From the NCBI GenBank assembly GCA_951406725.2, contig OX597824.1, forward strand, positions 80,786,001 through 80,850,000: DNA of 64,000 bases, written 5' to 3'. Below, piece after piece: positions 1-15,218 of this stretch. The notes beneath the pieces were generated by a model. The model did no database searches and was not told the origin of the DNA. It worked only from the letters and a program-made list of their open reading frames with translations. Position numbers and translations under genes: made by a program. Source of the stretch: Octopus vulgaris (taxonomy: Eukaryota). The stretch's first letter is position 1. The number at the start of each line of letters is the position of its first letter.

Positions 1-990
1 TAATAGGTCCGTCCGCCAAGAGCACTATGACGGTGAAGACTTGATGTCGAAATGTAAGCTCTTTGACTTGTATCCTTTCAGAATTGTGCCGACTGCCTCC
101 AGTTCTGTAGCGTCTGACAACCTTACGGTGAAGACGTTCCATTGCCCAACACAGCTCTCTGGCTCTGAAAGAAATGGTTTTTAACTCCTCCGAGCTTCTG
201 CAGTAGGGATTCGAGTGTAATCACGCAGAAAGGAAGAGAAAGGGATAATTTCTGACGGACTGCGTGCACCGTGCGAGACGGTTCCAAAAGTTAGTCATCT
301 TCTTTGATTACCAAGTTGATACCTATTTCTTTATTGCCCACAAGGGGCTAAACACAGAGGGGACAAACAAGGACAGACATAGGTATTAAGTCGATTACAT
401 CGACCCCAGTGCGTAATTGGTACTTAATTTATCGACCCCGAAAGGATGAAAGGCAAAGTCGACCTCGGCGGAATTTGAACTCAGAACGTAACAGCCGACG
501 AAATACGGCTACGCTAACGATTCTGCCAGCTCGCCACCTTAAGTTGATACCGCTTTACTTTGCAGCAATACAGTCTTTGTAAACGGATTTGAAAGCAGCT
601 ACTTTCAGAAATTTTAACGGATCCAGATCGATTGGGGATCCCTCGAAATCCAACTTTTTCCAACCTTCTCTATGATATATCGCACGAGGTCTGAGGATAT
701 TGTGGCGAACTTCTTTAGGACTGCATATGTTGTGCTTCTCGGAACACACCACCAATGATAAGTGCGAGCCTCACACCCTCCGTATTTCAGCTTCCCGTAT
801 CAGTATGTTGCAAAATGCTGCGCCTTATGCTGAGAGCTACGGCAGACATCAAGTTACACACTAAAGTCTACAACCATTTTCAAGGTATCATCTTTCCCGG
901 GCAGTCGAAGAAAGTGCTGTTCCAAAACTTCATACCAACTACAAAGCCAGTAAAAACCTTTTCGTTAGGTCCATGTCTTGTGCATTTCAA
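1..990 (-). mobile_element. Possible highly decayed L1/Tx1-like ORF2 C-terminal remnant, interrupted by a SINE
   Basis: Higher-GC non-repetitive block; broken minus-strand translations (IRRSILQH..GS, RELCWAM, ELTFRHQVF) weakly resemble Tx1/L1 C-terminal motifs. Confidence 0.25.
324..540 (-). mobile_element. SINE family A monomer
   Basis: tRNA-like head (GGCGAGCTGGCAGAATCGTTAG...GAGTTCAAATTCC) and central GCCTTTCATCCTTTCGGGGTCGATAAATTAAGTACC block; 11-bp TSD AAGTTGATACC (313-323, 541-551). Confidence 0.9.
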
Positions 991-1042
991 GACAGAATAT
1001 TCAACACAACTGTGTGGAAAAGCATGGCTACTATTTTTTATA

Positions 1043-1167
<125 letters not shown>

Positions 1168-2257
1168 ATCAAGCAGAGAGAGCTTCGAAGCTAAACACAA
1201 CAGAGTTTACAAATGAAATGGTTTATATTTAGAAATATCATTTTCTTTCTTTCCTTAATGTACAGACAGAAAAAAATCGCTAAATGGTTACAAAAATTCC
1301 CAGCTACGCCTTGCGAAAGAAAATAATTAAAAAGCTAGACAATTACGCAAAATATTTCTTCCCATAAACGCAAGAGAGAACAAAACCATATTGTACTGTA
1401 GAGAAATACCCATTGTAAAAGAGAAAAAAGTTAACGACAATTCCATAAAAATTTTACCACTTATATGAACAATGCAAGGTACTATTTTTGCAACAACAAC
1501 AACAACAAAGATGGCACCGAGAGCACATATGCATACGACTGCAAAGAAAAAAATATTTTTGAGAATCGCAACTTTGCATATCATATCAGAGAAACAGAAT
1601 TTTGACATAATCTAATTTGGAGAAAAGGCGATGGCTTGGGAAAATTTGTCTCATCATGCAATCTTTCTTCGTCAGAATATTTTTCTCGTCTAAAGACTAG
1701 GTACGGTAAAAAGTTACATATCTGTGTATTGTGAAACCAAAGCATGGTGGAGGCCTTGAGCTGTTCTTAAAACAGCAGCAGGAAGAGGCCCTGCCCACCA
1801 TCGAACATGTTGGGCAAGGCCTATAGAACTGTCCGCCTGCTTTTAGAATCGAAAACAGCACGAGACGATATACTGAAGTTGTTAAATTCACGCGCATCTT
1901 TACAACTGTATCTCCAAATAGTCACCAAAGACACAAATGGTGGGGGCTTAGGAAAACGGGCAATAGCACTGAGTCTTTGAAGCCCTTAATTTCACAGTGT
2001 AGGTACGTGATCGATGTACCGGGTATACGGAAGGAGATATTTGGTCGGTTATAATCAGTGTAGACTTACAAGAACTAGTGATCACAGACAAACAGACAGA
2101 CAGACATGTATGCATATATACATACACTTCTCATTACTGGATTCAGTCCCACGGCGTGGCACCTTGGGCAAGTGTCTTCTACTATAGCCTCGGGCCGACC
2201 AAAGCTTTGTGAGTGGATTTGGTAGACAGAAACTGAAAGAAACCCGTCGTATATATG

Positions 2258-2341
<84 letters not shown>

Positions 2342-2346
2342 GGTCC

Positions 2347-2402
<56 letters not shown>

Positions 2403-2624
2403 TATATATATTACGGAGATGTACTCGCATAGCAAGTTTCTTAAATGGCTTACAAACACCTTCCACGCTGCAATTATATATATATATATATATATACATG
2501 CATACATACATACATACATACATACATACATACATACATAAATACATACATACATACATACATACATACATACATACATACATACATACATACATACATA
2601 CATACATACATACATACATACATA

Positions 2625-2945
2625 GCTCAGTGGTTAGAGCATCGGACTCACAACCATGAGGTAGTGAGTTCGATTCCGGGACCGGGCAGTATGTTGTGTT
2701 CTTGAGCAAGACACTTTATTTCACGTTGCCCCAGTTCACTCTGCTGTTAAAATGAGTTGCGACGTCATTGGTGCCAAGCTGTATCGGCCCCTTTGCCTTT
2801 CCCTTGGATAACATCAGAGGGGAGGCTGGTATGCATGGATGACTGCTGATGTTCCATAAACAACCTTGCCCGGACTTGTGCCTCAGATGAGAACTTTCTA
2901 GTTGCAATCCCATGGTCATTCATGACCGATGGTGGAGTCCTTTAC
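2625..2945 (+). mobile_element. SINE family D (tRNA-like head, CORE-like block, tail T2)
   Basis: A box GCTCAGTGGTTAGAGC, B box GAGTTCGATTCC, then TTGTGTTCTTGAGCAAGACACTTTATTTCAC. Confidence 0.8.
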
Positions 2946-3024
2946 ATACGCATATAGATACATACATATATACATACATACAAACAGACAAGCATAGATG
3001 TATCTGTGTGTATGCATATATACA

Positions 3025-3097
<73 letters not shown>

Positions 3098-3220
3098 ATA
3101 TAATTTAACATCTTTGCTCACGATGTTTTTATATATACTTTCACTACCGCATACGTAATTACAGCCCACCAGTTAAAAGTTGCTCTATGTATGAGCGCAA
3201 TTGGCCAATAAATAAAAAGA

Positions 3221-3292
<72 letters not shown>

Positions 3293-3301
3293 GTCATTAT
3301 G

Positions 3302-3351
<50 letters not shown>

Positions 3352-3385
3352 TATTACTATTATTATTATTATTATTATTATTATA

Positions 3386-3464
<79 letters not shown>

Positions 3465-3474
3465 TTATTACTAC

Positions 3475-3507
<33 letters not shown>

Positions 3508-3826
3508 GATTGTCATGTTTGCCATTTTATGTAATTCGATATCTTAATACTTTTTCACTAAGAGAAATGCCCTAACGGTTATGTTTTTATTTTCCGTTTA
3601 AGCATTGTTCCCCACCGCATTACACTCATGGCAAATCTACAACGAATTGTTATTGTAAGCATTATTAATATGGCGGTTGTCATGTCATGTGTTTCTCTAT
3701 TATTTATTGCAGGTGTTGCCCATGTGAGACAAACTCTCTATGATGTGGTAGTATGTACGTGTTGGTCCTTCCCATCTAGATACACTAATACATACGCTTA
3801 CCATCATCTGTGTATATGTATCTAAT

Positions 3827-3868
<42 letters not shown>

Positions 3869-3886
3869 ATATATATACACACACAT

Positions 3887-3918
<32 letters not shown>

Positions 3919-4230
3919 TATATATACATATATATATTATATACATATATATACATAAGTATTATATACATATATATATATATGAATATGTATATGGGTA
4001 TATGTATATGAGTGTGTGTATTCTTAATTATCTAGCCTTACTCTAATAATATTTTGTGATATGGAGCTTTCCTTTATGTGTGTGTGTATGTATATGTATG
4101 TATATATATATATATATATTATAATGTATATGTATGCACAAATGTATCTATATATGTTGTAATAATCATATATATATTTGTGTGTTTGTGTCTGTACATA
4201 CAAATACACACACACTCACAAACTTACGCC

Positions 4231-4272
<42 letters not shown>

Positions 4273-4588
4273 ACACGTACATGGAGAAGAAATCTTATAC
4301 GGTGGGTGTCTAGCTAGACAAGGGTATCACTTCAAACAAAGAAATACTTACACCAATTACCATCAATTTACCTTCAGCTCCGACGCACGATAAATATTTA
4401 TATTTTTGCCAACACCAACACCAACACCAACGATATTTCATTGCTGATCTTCTCTTGTGTGGTGTCTGTTATAAATTGGTGTGGCTGTATTTCAACGTTG
4501 TTCTTGTCCTCTATTACAGCACTTCTTTATTTCCTTACTGCTCTAACACACACTGACAATACATAATACGTACCTACATACATATATG

Positions 4589-4674
<86 letters not shown>

Positions 4675-4970
4675 CATATATATATATATTCGTAAGTCTG
4701 TGCGTGGCTGTGTGCATCTATGTGTATGTGTGTGTGTATTGTCTTTCTTCTCGGGTTCTGAAGAGTAACATGTTGTTTATTGCCATGAATCACCTGAACA
4801 GGTTCACTTATTATTTTGAATGTGTTTTATGGCATATCAGCTCATACATCACTAACTTCTCACTCTGTTCCTTCCACACTCTCTCTCTGTATCCTTCTGT
4901 GTCTCTCCGCCTTTCGCTAATTTCCTCACCTTCGTATATACATACATACATACATACATACATACATACA

Positions 4971-5006
<36 letters not shown>

Positions 5007-5077
5007 CATACATACATATATACATACTTACATACACATATACAAACATATATATATATATATTTATGCATATATAC

Positions 5078-5139
<62 letters not shown>

Positions 5140-5283
5140 ACAAAAATTTATACATGCACATATATATATTTATATCTACATATATACATACACTTTGTAG
5201 AGATGATTTGTGACACTGTGTTTAACACAAAAGGCCAGCTGGTTTCATTGCATTCTCACATTTTATATACGTAAGTGTGATAT

Positions 5284-5331
<48 letters not shown>

Positions 5332-5454
5332 GTGTGTGTGTAGAGAGAGAGATAGAGAGATGGAGCGAGAGACATGAGACATGCGTGTGAATCTGTTGAC
5401 GTCTTTGTGCGTGTGTATACATATTGTCCTCAGATTCCTACCTATATGTTTATG

Positions 5455-5506
<52 letters not shown>

Positions 5507-6149
5507 TATGTATATGTTTGTATGCATATCTATATGTATATATTTATGTTTGTATGCATGTATGAATGTATATATGTATGCATGCATGTATGTATGTATG
5601 TGTTTATAGTTATACATGTACATATATTTGTGTATGTGTTTATAAACAGTATGTGTGTGAGACTGAGTGAGAGAGAGAGAGAGAGAGAGAGAAAGAAAGA
5701 AGGAGAGAGATTGTGTGTGTATTTAATGTTTTCTGTCTGTGTTTAAAATATGCTCAACAGAAACCATGCCCGAACCAAGTATTAAGTGCTGAGAATCACA
5801 ACAGCAATAACAACAACAGCAACAAACAAACAAAACAAACAAGCATGAACAACTACAGCGCAACTACGAGGACAAAATCGGCAGCAAGATTTAAATATGT
5901 CAGATATTGTTCTACTCCTCCACAATGTCTCTACAGGAGAATGTCAACGTCTGCAAACCGAACGAAGCGCTGCTTTCCAGATTTAGACTCCATGTTCAGT
6001 ATTTTTCAAGCAGAAATGGCTGGCCCATTGTATGCCTCTGGTGGTCAGCTATATTAGGGGTGATAGTACCTTTTAGATTAAATTAAGGCAGTATTATAGG
6101 TTTGTATTTCAAATTAAAGAGTGAAGTGAAAGGAAAACAGAATAAACAT

Positions 6150-6286
6150 GGGTGCTTCCCAACCACATGGTTCTGGGTTCAGTCCCTCTGCGTGGTACCT
6201 TGGGCAAGTGCCTTCTCCTACAGTTTCGGGCCGACTAAAGTCTTGTGAGTGGATTTGGTCGATGGAAACTAAAAAGAAGCCCGTCG

Positions 6287-6369
<83 letters not shown>

Positions 6370-6595
6370 CTCTGTGTGTGTTTGTGTGTGTATGTGTGCA
6401 TGAGGTTTTATGCGTATCTCTTTGTCTGTGTTTGTCCTCCCCACTATCGCTTGCAGCCCCGGTTAACTTAGCGATTTCTGAAAAGAATAAGTACCGGGCT
6501 ACAAATAATAAGTCCTGGGGTCTATTTCTTCCAGTATAAGGCGTTGCTCCGGCATGGCCGCAGTCAAATGGCTAAGATAAGTAAAAGAAAGAATA
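6150..6595 (+). mobile_element. SINE family C, diverged
   Basis: Same modules with expanded internal (TA)n(TG)n. Partial C copies also at 2137-2250, 24850-25062, 28836-29000, 39105-39266, 44035-44090 and 46272-46560. Confidence 0.82.
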
Positions 6596-6637
6596 ATGAA
6601 TGTTTGGTTTTCTTCTCTCTTTTTCTTACACATTATA

Positions 6638-6972
6638 AAGTGCGTAACTGGTACTTAATTTATCGACCCCGAAAGGACCAAAGGCAAAATCGACCTCAGT
6701 GGAATTTGAACTCAGAACATAACGGCAGACGAAATACCTATTTCTTTACTACCCATAAGGGGCTAAACACAGAGGAGACAAACAACGGCAGACAGACGGA
6801 TTAAGTCGATTATATCGTCTCCAGTGCGTAACTGGTACTTAATTTATCGACCCCGAAAGGATAAAAGGCAAAGTCAACCTTGGCGGAATTTGAACCCAGA
6901 ACGTAACAGTTGACGAAATACGGCTACGCATTTCTCCCGGATTGCTAACGTTTCTGTCAACTCGCCGCCTCT
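6638..6972 (-). mobile_element. SINE family A dimer
   Basis: Two tandem body units joined by GACGAAATACCTATTTC, with one head. Confidence 0.85.
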
Positions 6973-7031
6973 AGAAACAGCCTGAATGTTCGCAGACTGA
7001 ATACCTTTAATCATAGGTGAATCCATGGTGG

Positions 7032-7418
7032 TGTGGAAGCACTCCCTCGGTTACGACGACGAGAGTTCCGGTTGATTCGAATCAACGGAACAGCCTGCTC
7101 GTGAAATTAACGTGTAAGTGGCTGAGCACTCCACAGACACGTGTACCCTTAACGTAGTTCTCGGGGATATTCAGCGTGACACAGAGAGTGACAAGGCCGT
7201 CCCTTTGAAATACAGGTACAACAGAAACAGGAAGTAAGAGTGAGAGAAAGTTGTGGTGAAAGAGTACAGCAGGGACCACCACCATCCCCTGCCGGAGCCT
7301 CGTGGAGCTTTAGGTGTTTTCGCTCAATAAACACTCACAACGCTCGGTCTGGGAATCGAAACCGCGATCCTATGACCGCGAGTCCGCTGCCCTAACCACT
7401 GGGCCATTGCGCCTCCAC
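7032..7418 (-). mobile_element. SINE family B, full length
   Basis: tRNA-like head GGAGGCGCAATGGCCCAGTGGTTAGGGCAGCGGACTCGCG...GGTTTCGATTCCC; 13-bp TSD GAATCCATGGTGG (7019-7031, 7419-7431). Confidence 0.92.
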
Positions 7419-7837
7419 GAATCCATGGTGGACCTGAGGCTGAATAACAACTGTATGGAATGTAGCAATTAAAAATGATTAGTAGATGCAGTAAATTCTA
7501 TGTGAGTTATTTGAAAACTATATATTTGTCATTAACTAGACTCCTTGATATGAAGAATAAATTTAGCAACAGGTTTTCTGGAAAGCTTTGATCTAACATT
7601 TGTCTTTCTAAATTGAACAAGTAAAACAGAAAAACTGCGGAAAAAAATATAACATTTACATTTACATTCAAATGGTTTAAATAACTGAACACCTCACCTT
7701 CTTCCCTCAGAACTCCATCAATCTGCAGACATGGAAAACAACAGCAGCTGTAGACAATGTATCATGAGTTATTCTAGGCATTCTCTGGTATATCTTCGTT
7801 CAACCTGCTGGATATGTTTTTAATCTTTACTGTATAT

Positions 7838-8024
7838 TTATTTCAGTCATTGAACTTGCGGCCATGATCGGCGTTGCCTTTAAGTGTTTAATTGAACAGC
7901 CCACGACTTATTTCTTTCGGAAAGCCTTGTATGTTTTCTTTCCGCCTTTTTGCCGAACTGCCAGGTCACGGGTACGTAAATACACTAACAACCATCAAGC
8001 GGTGATGGGGGACAAACACAAATG

Positions 8025-8089
<65 letters not shown>

Positions 8090-8330
8090 TCACACATATA
8101 TATATATATATATAATTCAGTTTCCGTCTACATAATCCACTCACAGGTGATGTTGGAACCGGGGCTATAGTAGAAGACTTTCCAGTTTCCATCTACTAAA
8201 TCCACTCACAAGACTTTCGTCGGCCTGAAACTATAGCAGAAGGCACTTTCCCAAGGTACCACGCAGTGGGACTGAACACGAAACCATGCTACTGGGAAGC
8301 AAGCTTCTTACCACACAGCCACGCTGCGCC
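7838..8330 (-). mobile_element. SINE family C, diverged, with internal partial duplication
   Basis: Reverse-complement C modules; the CAGTTTCC...TCCACTCACA...CTATAG segment occurs twice. Confidence 0.78.
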
Positions 8331-8679
8331 TATGTTTATTCTGTTTTCCTTTCTCTGCGCTCTTTAATTTAAAATACAAACCTCCAGTCCTGAACCCGAA
8401 ACCACGTGGTTGGGAAGATAGCTTCTTATCACACAGCCATTCTTCCTCAAAGCACACTTCTCCGCCATGCACTGCTAATTGGTACAATCGTTATAGCGTC
8501 GGAATAGATCTTCCATTCACTGGATTCGAATCCCGTCGAACAGATTGGTAGATCGGATGCCAGTCGGTATTTGTGCATTATAGTAGAAAAGATTTAGAAA
8601 TACATTGATTAAAGAATTCTCTCACTTTTAAGATGACAAACTCTAATTCGAGACAATTTGGTTGCTTTTTCTCACAGTA

Positions 8680-9095
8680 CGCGTAGGAGTGGCTGTGTGG
8701 TAAGTAGCTTGCTTACCAACCACATGGGTCCGGGTTCAGTCCAACGGCGTGGCACCTTGGGAAAGTGTCTTCTACTATAGCCTCGGGCCGACCAAAGCCT
8801 TGTGAGTGGACTTGGTAGACGGAAACTGAAAGAAGCCCGTCGTATATATATATATATATATATGTATGTGTATGTATATGTTTCTGTGTCTGTGTTTGTC
8901 CCCCCCCCCCCAACATCGTTTGACAACAGATGCTGGTGTACTTACGTCCCCGTAACTTAGCGGTTCGGCAAAAGAGACCGATATAATAAGTACCAGGCTT
9001 ACAAAGAATAAGTCCTGGGGTCGATTTGCTCGATTAAAGGCGGTGCTCCAGCATGGCCGCAGTCAAAATGACTGAAACAAGTGAAAGAGTAAAAA
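8680..9095 (+). mobile_element. SINE family C, full length, with internal microsatellite
   Basis: Head GGAGTGGCTGTGTGGTAAG...GGGTTCAGTCC, CORE-like CACCTTGGG(C/A)AAGTGTCTT, internal (TA)n/(TG)n, tail GGCGGTGCTCCAGCATGGCCGCAGTCAAAATGACTGAAAC. Confidence 0.9.
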
Positions 9096-9397
9096 AAAAA
9101 AAAAGAGTTCGTAAAACTTAGTTGAGGCTTCACCGTTAACGAACAGATGAATCCAAATTTTTGGTGATTTTGCAACAATTCCTGAATAACTTTTCGCAAG
9201 AATTCCTAATTCTTCCATACATGTCCATTCTTTCTCAACTCTTCAATTATTCCAAACATGCATTCTATGGTTGGAATTGTATTCTTGTCTTGCTTCTAAA
9301 GTAGGCAGAATTCAACAAACTTTATATTTCAGCTTTTCTGAAGACACTTAACTATGTGAGAAAATCATTGTTGTTATTGCTGTTGTTGTTGTTTTTA

Positions 9398-9441
<44 letters not shown>

Positions 9442-9493
9442 GTTGTTGTTGTTGTTGTTGTTGTTATTATTATTATTATTATTATCATCATCA

Positions 9494-9728
<235 letters not shown>

Positions 9729-9735
9729 TATTATT

Positions 9736-9770
<35 letters not shown>

Positions 9771-10225
9771 TTTAGTGGGGAGAGTGAAAAGACATTCTAA
9801 AGGAGTAAGGCTTGCATATTTAGTTAGTTTTTATTGTCTGCTTTTTTTTTGTCTTGTTTTTTTTTTACCATTTCTGCTAGATTTGGGTTCTTTAAGCCAT
9901 AATATATTCATTAAGCGTAACTGAAAACAAAATAAAAGCAATAAAACAAAAGAAAATAAAAAATAGATGAAAAATAATGGCGGGAAAGGAAAGAAAGCAG
10001 CAAGATGGTGATGGTTGAAATTTCATGTCCTGAGGACAAACACTTATTAATCAAGGTATGCGAAAACCTATGCAAATACAACGACCTATAAAGAGATAAG
10101 CTGCAAAAACGCATGACATGTGGTTTCTATAGAAATACTGTAAGAAGAAGAAGAAGAACAAAAGGGGTAAAAAGTAAGAAGCAAAGAAACAAAGAAATGT
10201 AAGTATAATAATAATAATAGTGATG

Positions 10226-10273
<48 letters not shown>

Positions 10274-10282
10274 GTAATAGTA

Positions 10283-10313
<31 letters not shown>

Positions 10314-10316
10314 TGA

Positions 10317-10402
<86 letters not shown>

Positions 10403-10790
10403 GTAATAGTAATAATAATATTAATAATAATAATATTAATAATAAATAACAACAACAATGTTAATGGAAGCATTGTCAATAAGGTAAATGAATTGGTGGG
10501 TCAATCTTCAACCTGAGAATTTCTACAAAACAGAAAACTCTCATATCCTTAGGAAATCGTTATCTAAAGAACTAAAAAGTAATAAGACAAACTCAAAACT
10601 TTATACAGTAAGAGAAAATAAAAACTGTTTTCGTTCTCATTCGATTTCACTCATTTTCTCTCATTCTTTCTGTCTTTTTCTCTCTCTGTCCCTCTCTCTT
10701 TGTCTCTGTCTCTCTGAGGCTTCCCTTTCTGTATTTCTTCCATTATTTCTGTTACACTTTTAAGCGTGCAATTTCATAACACTCATACAC

Positions 10791-10853
<63 letters not shown>

Positions 10854-11066
10854 TATACATACATATATATATATACATATATATTATATACAAATATATA
10901 TATATATATACATACATATATATATACATATATATATATACATACAAACACATATATATATATATGCATATATATATGTATATATCTATACATTTATACA
11001 TATGGATATATGTATATATATATATATATATACATAAATATATACACACACATACACATACACACT

Positions 11067-11113
<47 letters not shown>

Positions 11114-11542
11114 CTATGTATGGATGGATGTGCATAGTGTGTGCGCAATATACTGTAATATAGCTGCATCTATATATATATATATATATATATATCAACA
11201 TGGACAAAACGAAACGCACAACATGAAAAAATAAACGAAATATGACTCAAGATATAAGAAAAACACAAAATACTAAACGGAAAAAGAGTATAGAAAAATG
11301 AAAGCGAAGTGAAAGACAAAATATTCAAGATTCCTTACAACAATCATATGAAAGAAAGAGAAGAAAAGTAGCCAAAATCCATCAAACAAAGTAAAAATAA
11401 TGAACAAAAACATAGAACCTGAAAAGAACGAGAGAATATATAAAGATAATAATACTAGTAATGATTAATGCAGTTTGATGTGAACGACCGAAATGGAAAT
11501 TATATCTTATGGAAGCATCGAAAGCAATAATAATGATGAAGG

Positions 11543-11614
<72 letters not shown>

Positions 11615-11861
11615 TAATAATAATAATAATGATAATAATAATAATCTTTTCTACTGGGGCAGAAGGATAGTCAATTACGGTGACACCAGTGTTTCACTGG
11701 TTGGTACTTATTTTATCGACTCCGACAGGATGAAAAAGTAAAGTCAACCTCGGAGGAATTTGAGCTGAGAACGGAAATACGAACGAAGCGTCGCGAAGGA
11801 TTTTGTTCGACGTAGTAACGATTCTACCAGCACGAATAATAATGATAATAATAATATAATA

Positions 11862-12399
11862 AGTGGCTCTCATGGCTTCTGATCTTAACTGATTGGAAGT
11901 GTTATCATGTACATTGTTTTGTCTTGGTATAAAAGATGGGCTACAGCAAATATTCTGCTCAATACCACAGATTTGCTTGTCAGTTGTTTGACCTTAACCA
12001 GTTGAGCATGTCCCTTAGTGGCTGACGATATGTGCATCTCTGATCACCAGCAGAAGTAGTTGGGGAGCGTCATAGCCATGTGTTGAGAGGGATTCTTTGG
12101 AGTTTGAATGATTCACCTCCCGAAACATGGGTGTTTCGTTCAACATCCTTAAACAACCCCTATTCAGGGACCTTTTGAGCGGGATGGGTTGCTCGACCAG
12201 AAGAAAATTGTAACTGGGCCCCATCTACAAGGTCATGTGCTGTTTATCTTGATATGAGATCACCATGTCGCGCACATATGGTTGTGATGCATGTGCCTGG
12301 TGTACCCTTATCAGACGGGTAGTCATGATGGGTATACTGGGCTTCGTATAATGTACCCCAGTGTCACTTTGACGGCATGCGCTGCTCTCTCACTCACTC
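11862..12399 (+). mobile_element. Probable non-coding 3' portion of a non-LTR element inserted in (AAT)n
   Basis: ~540-bp block of more balanced composition with sharp edges, preceded by short (AAT)n and running directly into long (AAT)n at 12400; no recognisable protein. Confidence 0.5.
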
Positions 12400-12448
12400 A
12401 ATAATAATAACAATAATAATAATAACAATAATGATGATGATGATGATA

Positions 12449-12598
<150 letters not shown>

Positions 12599-12942
12599 GT
12601 AATAATAATAATAAAAGTAATAATAATAATGATAACAATCCTATCTACTATAGGCACTTATCCTGTATGATAATCCTTCCTACTATAGTCACATGGATTG
12701 AAGTCTGAGGAGAAGGGTCGTTGATCACATGAAACTCAGTGTTCAACGGAAACTTATTTTATCGACCCCACATGGATGAAACACATAGCTGACTTTGGAA
12801 GAATTTTAAGTCAGAACATAGAAATGGACGAAAGTACGCGAAGCATTTTTTTACGGCATGCATACGATTCTGCCAGCTCTGCTTTAACAACAACAACAAC
12901 AGCAACAAAAGAATTATGATAATAATAAGTATTATAACGTTA

Positions 12943-13009
<67 letters not shown>

Positions 13010-13017
13010 TGATGATG

Positions 13018-13069
<52 letters not shown>

Positions 13070-13073
13070 TAAA

Positions 13074-13135
<62 letters not shown>

Positions 13136-13482
13136 TAAAAAAACTGAAAAATGTATACATAAATGATAGAAATTTAACAGCAGTACGTTCTCTTGTATTT
13201 GTTTTTCTGCTTGTTTTCTTTTCATGATATTTGAATTGAGTTCTCTCGGACATCAGTGGACTAATACTTCGTTTCCCCGTGTGATTCCATCAAATCACAG
13301 ATTAGGCATCATTAGCAAGTACGTGTAATGCATATCAATCAAAATCGGCTTACTCCATTTCAAGGTTAAACATCTCCGTGCATACGTACACGATTTTACA
13401 TTCAGACTCACATAAATACATAAATACATAAATATATAAATACAAATATATAAATATGTATATGAACACACATACATATATA

Positions 13483-13530
<48 letters not shown>

Positions 13531-13916
13531 GTAGTTTTTTTTCCACCACAAATTTGCTCATTTAGATGTAATAAGAATGCAACGCCTCATGGCAGATAAA
13601 GGTAATAAAAAGAGAAAACAAAAATATCCAACCAACAGAATGCAAGAATTGGAACGAAAAGGAAAAAAAAATATGACCCATTACGCTACTGCACACCGCA
13701 TCGAATCACGTACGGACAACACTTACAGACAACAAGCACAACATACACACAACACACGCATACATATACATGCACACACATTTATATATAGATGTATATG
13801 TATATGTGTGTGCGTGTGTGTGTGTGTTTACATATACATATACATATATATATGTGAATGTGTCTGCGTGTGTATACATACATGAGCACATAAATATATA
13901 TGTGCATATATATATA

Positions 13917-13971
<55 letters not shown>

Positions 13972-14027
13972 ATATATATATATTTATATATTTATATTAT
14001 ATATATATATATATATATTTATATATT

Positions 14028-14064
<37 letters not shown>

Positions 14065-14915
14065 TATCGATCTACGTGCATATACACACACATACATACA
14101 TCACACACATAGACACACACACACACACACACATTATCATCTAAACGCGTACACATAATCTCTAGGTTTAAATAGCAGTAGAATTGCTTTACTTAAAACT
14201 TCATGACCCTTGGGCACTGTTCTCTTCTGACTTCAGTCTTACAACTGCCAATTTTACAGTAAACTGAGTGTGAAAACATTCACAGAGTAGAAGTAACAGT
14301 TAAGAAGTAACAAGCAGAAATTATAACTCTACACTTTAGTTCTTAATCAGACTCGGTATTGAGTTCCTTTTTTTTTTCTCCCTCCTCTGTAATTTTACTG
14401 TATGAGAAGTTTCAGTTTCAACTACACCTGTAACTATATACATACATAAATACACATATATAAATGCATACCTATATATACTCGTGTATATATATATATA
14501 CACATCGTGTATATATATATATATATATACATCGTGTATATATATATATATATATATATATACGTATAAATATAAAGTATAGATATATATACACACACAC
14601 TTTTATGCACATATATACACGTGTATATATATAAATATATATATATACAGACATATGTATACATATATAAATATACATATGTCTGTATATACATACATAT
14701 ATATACATATGTATATATATATATATATATATGTATTAGTATGTATGTATATATATATATAGTTATCTTTCTCTTCCGTTCTCTCTCGCTCACTCTCTCT
14801 CTCTATTTATATATATATTTATATACATATTGAGAGAGAGTTAGATATATAGATAAGTAGATAGACAGACAGATAGATATATAAATAGAGAGATAGATAA
14901 ATAGATAGATAGATG

Positions 14916-15009
<94 letters not shown>

Positions 15010-15037
15010 AAGACTGTAGGTTCTTCAACTATTTCAA

Positions 15038-15218
15038 TACGGTCGTTTCGTTAGTAATTAATCAGTAATTCATAATTAGTACTTATAATATTATATCGGT
15101 AATCAACCACTTCATCCAATAGCAAGTTGAAATACATGCCACCTGATGAAATGGTTGATTATCGATATAATATATACTAATTGTCGATTACTGATTATCA
15201 ACAACCGAAACGATCGTA
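15038..15218. repeat. Inverted pair of degenerate hammerhead-like units
   Basis: Plus arm: CTGATGA (15143-15149)...GAAAC-GATC-GTA (15207-15218). Minus arm (15038-15116) reads GGATGA-AGTGGTTGATTACCGATATAATA...GAAAC-GACC-GTA. The two arms are diverged reverse complements. Confidence 0.6.

Noticed and set aside
1725-1960. KPKHGGGL and NGGGLG peptide snippets suggestive of Tc1 or non-LTR ORFs
   Set aside because: Too short, with no flanking motifs to assign a family.
2625-2700. tRNA-like sequences at SINE heads (also 7350-7418, 23608-23680, 43327-43400)
   Set aside because: Acceptor stems are incomplete and each continues into a SINE body, often with a TSD; not functional tRNA genes.
5713-6057. 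114-aa ORF in non-repetitive sequence
   Set aside because: No recognisable domain, partly (AAC)n low complexity, and no partner exons; cannot be supported without RNA-seq or homology.
7082-7334. Recurring short ORFs MFIERKHL... and MVVIPAVLFHHNF... at several loci
   Set aside because: They recur because they lie inside SINE B copies; indels between copies shift the frames.
7697-7806. Minus-strand segment bounded by CAG and GTGAG, like an exon
   Set aside because: All three frames contain stops; it could only be a non-coding exon and there is no evidence for that.
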